NCBI GenBank assembly: GCA_964526865.1
Contig: CAZGMX010000001.1
Span: forward strand, 1 to 39,326
From: an uncultured Actinomycetota bacterium
GTDB lineage: Bacteria > Auribacterota > Ancaeobacteria > Ancaeobacterales > CAZGMX01
Direction of reading: 5' to 3'
DNA: 39,326 nt
Every line of letters starts with the position of its first letter. The first letter of the stretch is position 1. The notes under the pieces are model-generated. The model was not told the origin of the DNA. It did no database searches and was given only the letters and a program-made list of their open reading frames with translations. Both the position numbers and the translations under genes were made by a program. Positions 24,501-36,500 of the stretch are shown one piece after another.

Positions 24501-27500
24501 CTCAAGATCATGGAGAACATGGTGTATCCAGCTTCGCTCGAGCCCTTGGGGCCGGATAATGTGATGGATATGATGCTAGAGGCCAACAACAGAATCACCA
24601 ATCCATCCGATCAGATGAGCGCGGAGACGTTCAACGCCCTGGATCCTGTTGCGATGCTGCATCTTGTCCGGCTGCAGCAGATACGGTTGCAGATGCGGGA
24701 GGCGATGAGCACGGGGCAATTTGCGCCGGCAGAGTTGGCGCAGGGAGACCGCGTGACATTGGACGACATCACAAGGTGGATGGATACGGTCAATGCAGGG
24801 GAGTATGGGGGAAGGGTTACAATCGATGAGGTGCTCGATACGGTGGTCAGGCCGATGATTCTATCTACGAGTACTGCGCAGACGGCGCGTCTTGAGGCAT
24901 CGCGCAAGAACTTGAGTTTTGAAGTACATTGGCGATCGACGTTGAATGAGGTTCGGCTGGCGCCGGTGAAACAGGCCGCAGCTCAAAAAGCGGCCGCCAG
25001 GCTGTTTGAACTTGCCAAGGACGGGAAAAACATCGCGCAACTGGATGCGGCACAGTGGACGGATGTGCTTACCAGCGCCAACAAAGATGTCAAAGAAGAG
25101 GGCGCAAAGATCACGCTGGAAGAGATCAAGAATTTTGTGCACATCCCCGTCGTAACGTTGAGCCGGCGGGAGCAAGCGGTGAAACTCTTCAACGAGCAGG
25201 TCACGCAGGATCCGGCCAGAGCGTTGTCGATCGATTTCCTGAGCGAAGTTGTCCGCACGGTGAATGGGATAACCGCCGAAGCCCAGTTGGTGGATGCGAT
25301 AAGCGGGATCGTTTTTGATGTGCCCTCACAGAAGAGCCCGCTTGCGCAGAAAGCCGCGCAGATGGTTGCGCAGCAGGGATTGCCCGCCGTGCGCATGATG
25401 ATAGCGGAAGATGCCAGGACGGGAATCGGCCAATTCCTGGCCAAGGTGAACGAGGGGGTTACGGACGGCGCAGAGCAATTGACCTATGACGAATTTGTCT
25501 TGCGCGTGTTTGCGCCCATACAAGAAAAACTGGCCTATGAATTGACAGCCAGCGATCTGTTTGCGGATGTGGTGCAGCCGGCAGGCGCCGGTCAAACGGT
25601 GCCGGGCGTCGATGTTCCATCGGCATTGCAGGATGTTTTGTCGCGGTTGCGGGACAATGAGGGATTGGAAAGAGTGATCGGGTTGTCGGACACTCTGGAT
25701 TCAGTCTGGACTGCGGAGGACAAAAATGAATCCTGCCGGTGGGATCAATTGCAGACCATGGCAGGGCAACTGGATTTGCCGGGGCTTGCAGGATTGACTC
25801 CCGAGGAGGAAGCGTCGTTGACGCCTCAACAGAAGACACAGAAGCAGGCCGACATGCAATTGGAGACGATGCTTCGGATGTTGTTCCCGTCGCATGACGT
25901 GATAGCGGGTGCTGAAATTGCACAGACGGTGGATGCCAATCCTACTCTGCGGCAGATTATTGAAGCGATGGACATCGCCAAGACACTCCGCTCGCAGAGA
26001 GAGGTGGGCCAATCTCCAACGCTGGCGCAGTTGGTTGACATGAGCAAACGGCTGGGGTTGGACAGCGATACGATCAGCACGACAGAGCGGCTCGGAAGGC
26101 TTTCCTTATTCTTAGACAAAGTAGGCGTTACCGTTGCCGCAGAAGACCTGTCATTTTTGGATATCATGTCACGGGCATTGCCCGAGGGCGCGCGGGGCAA
26201 TGTCCAATGGCAACGGCTTGTGGACCTTTATCATGGCCGAGGGATAGACGATACGACGGCAAATTATATGCAGTATGTGATGAGTGCCCTCGTCCTGCCG
26301 GGTCAGGCGCCCAGTGCGGTGCGTGAAGCGGCAGAATTGCAACAGGCTCTTTCCAATGTTGCCAACAACCGGGCGGGGGGCAGTTTTGAGACATTGGATA
26401 GGATTTCCGGGCGGCAGGTGGAAAGAGCGGCGGCCACGGATGAAGAAAATGCCGCCAGCCGCCGCGCGTTCATGCAGATCGTCGGAGTGAACATGGAGGC
26501 CTTGGATCAGGTGGAAGCCCTGGGGAAAGTGGATGCAGATATGGCCAGCCGCCTGGAGCAAATCAAGACAACCTCCTATAAATCTTTTGATGAACTGGTG
26601 CGGTGTTTTAATCGGGAATTAATGGTGATTCTTGCCCAGCCGGAGGCGTTGTGTCAGGACACTGAGCGACTTTTGATTGCTTCGGGGAAGATGCGCAGTA
26701 GTGCGACAGTTGGGCTTGATCAAAGCGCTACTGTGCGCAGACTGGATATAGAAAAACTGTTGAACAATTTTGGAATGCGGCTGACGCAGAGAGAAGGGGG
26801 CGCGCAGGTGCTGTTAGATGAGATTGCCAACGCGCAGAGTGCAGATCAGGCCCAGCGGTTGGCGAGTGCGTTTGGGAATGAGGGCTTGGAAGACTTAAAC
26901 AGCCAGTTGGCAGACCAGATCAAACAGTTTAACACGGTCAATCAGGCGTCATTGGAGCAGATCTCCCGATGGGAAGACACGCTGAGACAGCAAGAAGCCG
27001 ATTTGGCGGCCGTAGAGGGCAGACAAACCCGAGAGATTGCGACACTTCTGGGTGAAGATCTTCAAACAATAGAGCGCAGGGCACAATTGGAGACCGCGAG
27101 GGGCAAAACAGGGGACGCATTATCAAGAGTGCGGGCTGAACTGGCCAGTCTGTCAACGGCACGTGCCGACGTGATTGCCGCCATGGCGGCCAGGCAGCAG
27201 GAATTGGAGGCATTCAGAGACGGACTGCTGACGGGATTGGGAGATCGCGCAACCGCAATTCAAGCAATGGTCAAGATTGCATTGGAAAATCGCCTGAAAG
27301 ATTTGGAATTGCTGGGCAGGGCGTGTGAAGCGGACCTTGTCAAAGTGACGGGCGTGGCGCAGAAATTTGCGCCGCCGGTGGTGATGGATGCGGCGCTTGC
27401 AGATGTAAAGAGTCAACACCGGCTGGGAGACAAGCCCGAGGTTTTGGCGCAGGCTGTTGCGGCGGCCAGGACCAAGGCGGAGGTGGAAGACGCAGTATCG

Positions 27501-30500
27501 AAAGCTCTGATCGGCACGGAAGAAGAAAACAAGGCGCTGGAGGAATTGGACACGCGCGGCAGTCAAAAGCTTGCTGAAGTGGCAGGCGCGTACGGTCAAA
27601 AGATACAGGAACTTCGTGCCAAGGTGGATCAGGCGCAGGGTGTTTTAGATGCCGGCGTGAGAAATGCGACAGACCGTGAGCGGCTCCAGAAAGTTGTGGA
27701 TCAGGCCAACGCCGCGCTGAAGACTCTAGAAGATGGGTTGGCCAAGGCCATGGCGGATGTGAAAACAAATACAGCAAGCGCGAGGGAAGCGCTCGTGCGG
27801 GCGATCCGCGAAAAGAATCTGGCGATAGAGCAGGCACGGTTGGAACGCCTGACACAGTTGGGAGTGGTCCTGGCGGCTGTGGATCAAGCCCGGGTAGCGA
27901 TGGTGCAGGCAGCGTTGGCTATGGATCGGATGGGAGATTATCCCAAGGCGGCCCAAAGCTTTGATGCGGCATTGAGCGAAGAGGTCTCGAAACCTGTGCA
28001 AGAAAAACTCGACGCCATCGGCAAGGCGCAGATGGAAGACATGAACAAGCTTCGCGATGAAGCGCTCATCAGTGCCGAGGCGAGGGACGTATTAGTACAA
28101 AGGCATCAGGCAAAGATCGATGCTGCAGCGATCAGTCTGGAAGAAGAATATCAAAAGGCCGACACGGACCTGGCACAGAGGCAGGCGGCGCTGGAGGCAC
28201 TGCCTGTGGCAGATCAGGACAGCGATCTACTGGGGAAAGTGATTCAAGCGCGGGCGGATTTGAGGACTGCTTATGACGCTCAAGTGGCTGCCCTGGATCA
28301 GCGGGCCACAGAAGGTATTGCTGCAATTAAGAAAGCGATAGATGAAAGAAACGCGAAAGTGACAGAGGCGTTGAACAAGCGGTATGAAGCGTTGGCCGAT
28401 ATAACGTTCAAGGCCACAGAAGATCCTATGGGTATTCGTAAATCGCTGATTCGATTGGAGACGCTGGCCCATCAGATAGAGTTGGAGATTGCCTCGCAGA
28501 CTGCCAATCGCCAGCTTTCACCCAACGCCAAGGCCCGGCTGGCGGAGTTGGAGGCCTTGTATCAGTATGAAAGGGAAGCACTTCTTTCTCGAGCGCAGGA
28601 AGAAAAGAAGACATGGGGATTGAAGGATGAAGCGGAGCTCAAGAATGAGTATGAGCCAAAGATTGCGGCGGCTGAAGCAAAAATATCCAATGCCAAAGAC
28701 GCATTGGCCCGGACCATCGATCCTGAGCAGCGCAAGAAGCTGGAAAAGACTCTATCGGAAGCGCAGGCGGAACAGAAAAACCTGACAGAACAATATGAAA
28801 AAGCGAAATCGCAGACTGCTGCCGCGGTGCTAAAGGAGCTGGAAGCGCAGCTACCCGATGTAGAGCGCAACGCGCAGATCGCGCAGTATTTGGGCACCCA
28901 TAACGGCAAGAGCAAGGAAGAATGGCAGGCGGAAAAGACCAATCTGGAATACAGGATACAAATGCTGCGTATCTTGTCATCGGAAAATGTGGCTTCGGGC
29001 TTGGAGACGCAGTTCAATGCAACGCGCGATCGAGTCAAAGCCCAGCAGAGAGAAAACATTCTGGCCTTCCTCAAAGGGGAGTTTGATCTGAAGCTGCCAT
29101 TTGCCGGGGTCAGTAGTGGGGCACAGATAGTTAATGTGGAATACGAAGGGGGAATTGAGGCGGAGGTGGAACTTGCAAATGCCGTTGCTCTCAATCAGGC
29201 CGTAGATGCCATCTATGGCCTGCCGGATTCTGCCATCGGCCGAATGGAACCTGTGGTCAGCCTGAGAGAAGACGGCACACCGGCGGACGCAGAGAACAGC
29301 CGGATTGCGGTGATGTTGAAAAACGGCCAATACGCCCAGGCGGAGAGTGCGTATCAGGCGCTCTTGGCACAGGCGCCGTTTGATCCAACGGATCGGGCCA
29401 GTGTGGAAAGAACGCTCAACTACGCCATGGCGCTGGCCAATCAAGGGAAGTATGAACAGGCCGCTGATGCGGTTAAAAATCTGGAACTATGTTCCCGTGC
29501 GGTTCTTGACAAGCTGGGCGGCAAAGACCTTCAAATTCGCAAACTCATTGATCTGCTTTCCGGCACCGAGAAGTTGGCACAGCAGCCAAACATTCCGCCG
29601 ACAGAGCAAGTAACCAATTTATACAACTATGCGCTGGCATTGGCGAGGACGGGCAATTTGCAACTGGCAGCCCAGGTTGCCAGGAAGGCCTGTGGGATTG
29701 CCTATCTTGTTGAAAAGCCCACAGACGAAGATGTGTTGGCGTTTAGAAGGATAAGCCTGTTGTATTCGCTGGTCTTGGCGGCCTTGCCGCATGACCAGAC
29801 AGCGATACGCAACAGAAGCGATGAGCCCGGCGGTTATGGGCGCCGCATAGAGACGCTTCGCCGGGACAATGAAATTGAAACGAGAACGTATAATGCCATT
29901 GTTGGGATGGTGATGGGTGTGGTGAAGAATTTGGCTGGAGAAGTGATCTATTCTTACCAGGAGAATGCCAATGGTATTCGGTATGTTCAAAAGCCAAATA
30001 CGGATTTAGAGGAAGTCTGGGATGTGCAAGGCGCGGTCGCGGGCACATTAAAACACAGTGATCTACCCGATTTGGCGGAAGTGGAAGACGTGCAGGGCAA
30101 CGTGGGCGATGGATATATTGCATTTAGGCTTGGCACTGGGACGCGATTGATCAACGCCCAAACAGGTCAGAATGTCTTGCTTGATACAAAAGAAAGACTG
30201 TCCAACGTCAAAGTGATTGCCCTGGGCAATGGCCGGTTTGCGCTCTACGCCCAGAACCAGTCCGGTGACGGTTTCTTGCGGCAGTTCAGTGCGGATGACA
30301 CGGCGATTTCGGATACGGGAATGTTTATGGCCCGGTCGTTGGCCGGCGGCAAATTCAAGGTTTTTGAGATGATAATTGAGGGCGAATGGCAGACGGTGGT
30401 GGTGGGAGAAAAGGAAGGCGAATTTATCACACTGCCCAACACGCGGCTAGGGGATGTTTCGGCAATGCGCGATGGTGTAGCTCTTGTTGTCTGTCGCGAA

Positions 30501-33500
30501 AACGGGACGCTGGAGATACGGGATCCGCACACCGGATGGATTTTGGCGACGCTAAAAGATGTGGCCGCCGCCCAGATCGTGCGGGTTGTCAGCGAGACCA
30601 AGGATGAGAAGCAGACCGCGCAGATCACATTCAGGACGGCGACAGGGCAGGTGACGCAGACATTTGTTGCCCAGGAAAAGGTGCGGGAGATAAAAGTTGA
30701 GGATATTGGGACAGCAGCCGGCTGGGGCGATTGGATCAAGCAGTTGTTTGGATCTGGCGCGGAGGTGCCGCTCTTGCGCTTCAGCGACACGGATGTAACA
30801 AGCGGCAAGAGCGTTCAAAAAGTGGTGCCAATGCCGGCGGGCGTGAATTTGAGCATTCCTGTCCAGATGCAGGCAGACGAAAAGACGGGAGCCGTGACAA
30901 TCACACTGCAGACCATGGATGGCACGGCGGATATTTCCTGGGGCGGGGAGTTGAAAGAAACGGTCAAGGTCGTGATCAAGGAAGGGCAGAAGGTCACAGA
31001 AGAGATTTGGGAGGCGTCTGACAGGCTGAAGGAACGGACCGTAACGGACACCAAGACGGGCGATGTCACAAAGACCGTGTGGGAAGGAAACAAGAATGTC
31101 CGGACCGAGACGGTAGGCAAAAGAACAATCACCACTACGGCAACTTATGATTCCGCGACGGACCAATGGACAACCGAGGAGGAAGACAAAGCCCTGGGAC
31201 TGAAGCTCACCAAGACAAAGAATGCCCAGCACGAAGTACAAAAGGTGGTGCTGGAAGACGCCAAAGGCAACAAGGTGGAGGTGTCACCGGAAGCACTGCC
31301 GGAAGATATGGACGGGATTGTGGGAGCAAATCTGGAGCTTGGCAGTGGGATGTTTGCACTGGATATGTTGGATGATACAGGAGTGGTTCACACGCGCCTG
31401 TTTGCCCTGGGCAAATGGGCGCCGATGGCAGGGGTGAGCGCCAGCCAGATCAGGCCGTTTGGCGGCGGGCAATTGTTGTATCCCAGGGTCAAAGACAACA
31501 AACCCATCTGGATTGTAGCCGCGATAAAGGTGGATTCCCAGACCAAGAAACTTGTGCTGGAAGAACGCGAATATAGCGCATTCCAGGACAGCGGGTCTGT
31601 CACGGCGTTTGAAGGGACGCGCAAGGAGAAGAATCAAGCCGGCATCGAAGTGGATGTGCCATTCGTCCAGTTCCTGAACCGTGATACGGGCCAGACATCG
31701 GTTGTCTTTGGGGCGGAATTAAAGGATGTGCAGTCGTTGGGCGAAGGTGTCCTGCGGGTGGAGCGCACACTGGATGGCAGGCAGGATGTCGTTGTCCTGG
31801 ACAGCGCCACTGGAGCGGTCTTGCAGACAGTTGAGGCTGGGCAGGCGCTTTGGGATTCTGCCCGCCGCGTGAAGACAACTGACGGCAAGAGCGCGGTGGA
31901 GCTGGTCAAGAAAGACACGGCAGGGATGGGGATGGAGATTTCGCAATACCAAGATGGTGTATTGGCGGGTAGTGCCGAGGTCTCATTAACAGCCGGTGTG
32001 GTCAGTATAAAAGCTAACATCCAGGGGAAAGCGACGGTAAGAACAGTCGCGCTCAGCGATGGTGCCCCAATACAGGCACTGCAGTCCATTGACGATATCA
32101 CGTTGGATACGAAGAGTGGCAAGGTTGTTACGCGTGCAAAAGACGTTGATGGAAAAGATGTGTTTATTTTGACATCGGATGCGCTGGGTCAGCAAGCAGA
32201 GGTTGGGCTGGGCAAGGTGCCTGAGGAGGCAACAGAAGTTTTTGTGTATGGCGAAGATGGCAAGTTGGTGGAGTCTAGAAGAGTGCTTGACGACGGCCTT
32301 GTTAAAGGATTCTTGTACCAAGACGGATTGGTGGTGGGCACATACATTGGCGACACTAAAGCTGGTCTCCGGATGATTATCCATTGTGATCCCTATGCAG
32401 AACCGCCAGCCGTGTTAATGGACATCAAAGATATGCGCAGTGGTGCGGTTGTGACCGATGTTCCAAGAGGGATTATAGGAGATATGGCAAACCTGAAAAC
32501 GCTAACGCCGGATATCGGTGGTGGTGTAATTCTTTTGCAGGGGCTGGATAAAGAAGGCAGACCTGTGACGGCCTTTTACAATCCAAATAATCCATCTGCC
32601 GGTGTTCGGCAAGTAAAGGGTGTCACCGAATTCTCCACGCAGTCTATCAATAAAGGCGTCGTGTTCTACCAGGTGCATGTGGGAGACACGGCTCAATTAC
32701 AGACCGTAGCACTGGATATCGCAACAAATAGCAAGGCGTACTTCTCGGATGTACAACCCGCAAGGATATCTGCTTTGGGAGACGGTGCATTTGCGTACGA
32801 GAAGGATTTAGAAGGCAAAATTCAGACTTTTATTTCTACAGCGGATGGTCAAGTGCGCCGGATTGCCGGAGAAGAACGTGTTTTAGCCTCTAGTATTTTA
32901 ATGAAAGACGGCCGTTATTATGGCCTGATGCGCAATGCGCAGGGCAATCTGCAAACTATTTGGTTAAATCCAGCGACAGACAGAACAACCCAGGAATCGG
33001 TATTAGAACCCTTGGTTATACCTGCGACGGAGCTGGGCAGGTTGTTTACGACCTTTAATTTTAACCCCAATCTGTTGGGCTACACAGAAAACAGGAAGAC
33101 CTTTGTCATGGACAGCGTGACGGGACAGGTGGTGGACATCAGCACTGCCCTGGCGCAAATGGGTTGCACGCTGAAAGATATCGTGGATGTCAGGATCGAT
33201 CTGTCGGGCGCGGCATGGATTGCGGGACAAGACCGCGAAATAAGAAGTGACGCCGAAGGGAATGTGACACTGGATGTGCCCAGACATCACGAGATCAGTC
33301 AGGACGCTCAAGGCAAAGTGACAATGGAAGTGACCAGATATATGGAAGGCGGTGTTGAAGTCAGTGTGATAAACGATTTGGCAAACAACATCACAAAGAC
33401 GATTCGCAAGGCAGCCGACGGGACCTCGACAGTGGTTGAAGAAGCAAAAATGGCAGATGGAATAACGCCAAAGTACACCAAGACATCAAAACTCGATGCC

Positions 33501-36500
33501 AAGGGCCAGGTGTTGGAGTCAATCACGACAGACGTGGCGACAGGCCAGGTCACACAGGAATGGCCGGTGGAAAAGAAGACCCTGATCACACTGGTAGATT
33601 CGCAAGGGAATTTGCATCAAACGGTTATTACGCCCAAGTCGAAGGTGACAGAGGTATATGAAGGCAACATTGCAGACGAGAGCAAGATACTTTCAAAAGA
33701 GATCGAAGAAAACGGCCAAATCACAACGATCACGATGAAGGCCGGCGGGATCCAGGACGCCGTCGTGACAGACCTACAGAAAAAGCCGATCAAGACATAT
33801 CAAGAGAATGCGGCCGGAATCCGCGTGACGCGCAATGCCGGAAGCGCGGTGGTGGATGTGGAAGACACCAAAACAGGAGCCATACAAAAGGGCATCTTCG
33901 CGGAGTTGGTTCCCGGCATCGCCCAGATTTACGGGGTAGGAAGAGATTTGGGGACGCGCTATGTCGGACTGGAAGTGCGAGATGCGGCAGGCAAAGTCAC
34001 GACGTTATTGATCGACCGGATCAGCGGATCGCAGTTGGAACTCAAGGATGAGGACAATAAGAATATAGGCATAGACAGTGTCGCGCGACTGACCGACCGG
34101 TATTGGCTCATTGGCGTGCGGGATACGCAAGGCGCTGCGCATCTGAAGATCTACGACATCACAGTGAAGCCGCCGGCAAAGCCGGTGATGGAATTGGCCA
34201 GCGGCGATGCCAACACAAGCACGCCTATGGATAAGGAAGGGAATATCCTGGGATATCAGATTTTAGGCGATAACGGTCTGGTGGCGGGAGTGGCGCTGAT
34301 CCACACCCAGACGGGCGCGGTGAGGATGATACCGAACACATCGTTGAGGAACGTCTCTCTGTCTGAGGATGACAAGATGATCTTCGTGGAGAGAGGCCAG
34401 AGTGCCACGGGAGTGGAGTTGGAGGTCTGGGACTTTGCCGCAGGAAAAGTCCTGGACACAGTGGATGCGCCACAAGGCCAGAGGAACATTGTTGCCAATG
34501 CCGACGGCACGCTGGACGTGATCATGCCCTACGGCCTGGCCCGGTTTAAGGACGGGGAAAAGATCGCCTCTGTCACGATCGACAACAAGGCGAAGAAATT
34601 GACGGTGACCTTTGGCCAAGACAGTCCCAAAGTGGTGCCGGTAGATCAAATCGTTCCCGAAGGCTATACGCTGACGGTTGATCCGGCCAAGAAAGAAGCC
34701 ACTCTGAGTTATACCACAGGGGAAGGCGCCGCGGCCCAGAGAGTGGATATCATCACCGAAAAGGACCAGGTTCGCACGATCACAGAGGGTGCCGAAGGGA
34801 CAGCAGAAAAGATTCACACACCGGTGCAGATCTCGATCACCAAAAAGGATGCCAACGGCGTGCTGCTGGAAGAAAGCCTTGAGTCGGCGGCAGGGTTGGA
34901 AGAGAAGCGCTATCAGGCAGGCCAGCTGGTGTTCATGTTAAAGATCGATGCAAAAACGGCGCAGAAGACCGAGGAGACATTCAGTGCGTCCCTGCATGTG
35001 ACAACGCAGTTCGATACCGAAGGAAATGTGATATCCGAAACGACAGAAAATCTCGACACGAAGATCGCGGTAAAGAAGGTCTTTAAGGACGAAGAACTGG
35101 TCAGTGAGACGACGGAATATCAGCTCAAAAATATTGCCGTGACCACGACGCCGGATTCATCGAGGGCAGTGGTTCGCAACACCAAGACCGGGGAAGAGTT
35201 TGAGGCGTTGAAGTCCGCTGTAACTGACTTTACAAATATTCAATTTAACGTCGTGCCCGGCTGGCATGCCATCGAATATGTCAAAGCGGCCGGGACAAGC
35301 GAAGTCATGATGTTAGATCCTGCCACCGGAAAAACAGTGACACTGCCCGCGAAACTGGATCAGGTTCAGGCCTTTGGCCGGGAAGCGATTTTGGTCAGCG
35401 GTCTGGAAGAAAACGGGGAACCAACATTTGCCGTCTATCGGAAAGACGGCCAATATTGGCGGGTGGGATCTTTTGCTCCGCAAGAACTCGGCAAGGAATA
35501 CAGCTTGTGGCGTTTCACAGACAGTGAGGCGCCGGTTGATACGCCACCGATGAGGGTGGTGTTCAACAGGGCCAATGGCGCGGCGGCGATTCTGCCGCAG
35601 GAGGGATTTGATAGTGCGTCGGTCAACGCCGAGGGCTTTGTTGTGGCCGTGCAGAAGGTGGGAGCGCAGGCGATAGAGACGACCTATGACGCGGACTTGA
35701 AACCCATCAAGCGGGTGACAGCCGGGCCGGACAAGACCGTGGTGGAAGATCTCACAGCCAACACGATCGAGACGACCCAGAAGAACAGCGATGGAACGGT
35801 GACGATCATTAGGGAAGAGAAATTCGCGGATGGCGCGTCCATTATTGAAACGATCAAGGGCACAGGGAAGACGACAACGATCAAGAACATCGCCGGCCAA
35901 ATAAGGACGATTGTCTATGAGCAGGAGGGAACACCCTACAAGGTAGAGATCTCAGTGCAGGCCGGCAAGGCCTCGATCGTGGATCCCGCAAACATGAGCG
36001 GCGCATTGGAAGTAACGCCGCAGACAGCGCAGGCGATCATCGACAAGGGACTCAAGATAGAGGGGATTAGTGCTATTGCCGAGGGTGTGTACATTCTGAC
36101 CGCGCTCAATCCCGCGGGAGTCCGGCAAAATTATGTATTGAGCGACGGCCAAAAGACGCTGACCAATCCCATCGCGGGGGAATTGAAAAATATTCAACCC
36201 ATATCCGGCAAGGAATTGTATTTGGGATTTGTCCAGGCAACGGCGGACAAGCCATCCCAGGTAGTGGTTTTTGACAACAAAGGCAATGTCACGGTAGTGG
36301 GTGAAGGCCTGGAACTGAAGGATGTCAAGCCGCTGGCCGAAGGCTCGCCCCTGTTTGCAACCGGGATAAAAGACGAGAAAGGCACTGTCACGGGGACACG
36401 GATATTGGATATCACCAATCCGGCCAAGCCCGTCCCGATCGTGATGGAAGGAGTAACTCCAGAGGAGTTGTCGGGGGCCGTCAAGATCGATGTGGGCAAG

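Noticed and set aside
27099-27113. RGKTG, a possible second P-loop. GTGKTTT at 35859-35879 is a similar case.
   Set aside because: Neither fits GxxxxGK[ST], because there is no Gly five residues upstream. The first sits in a coiled coil and the second in a Thr-rich beta strand. No downstream Walker B follows either.
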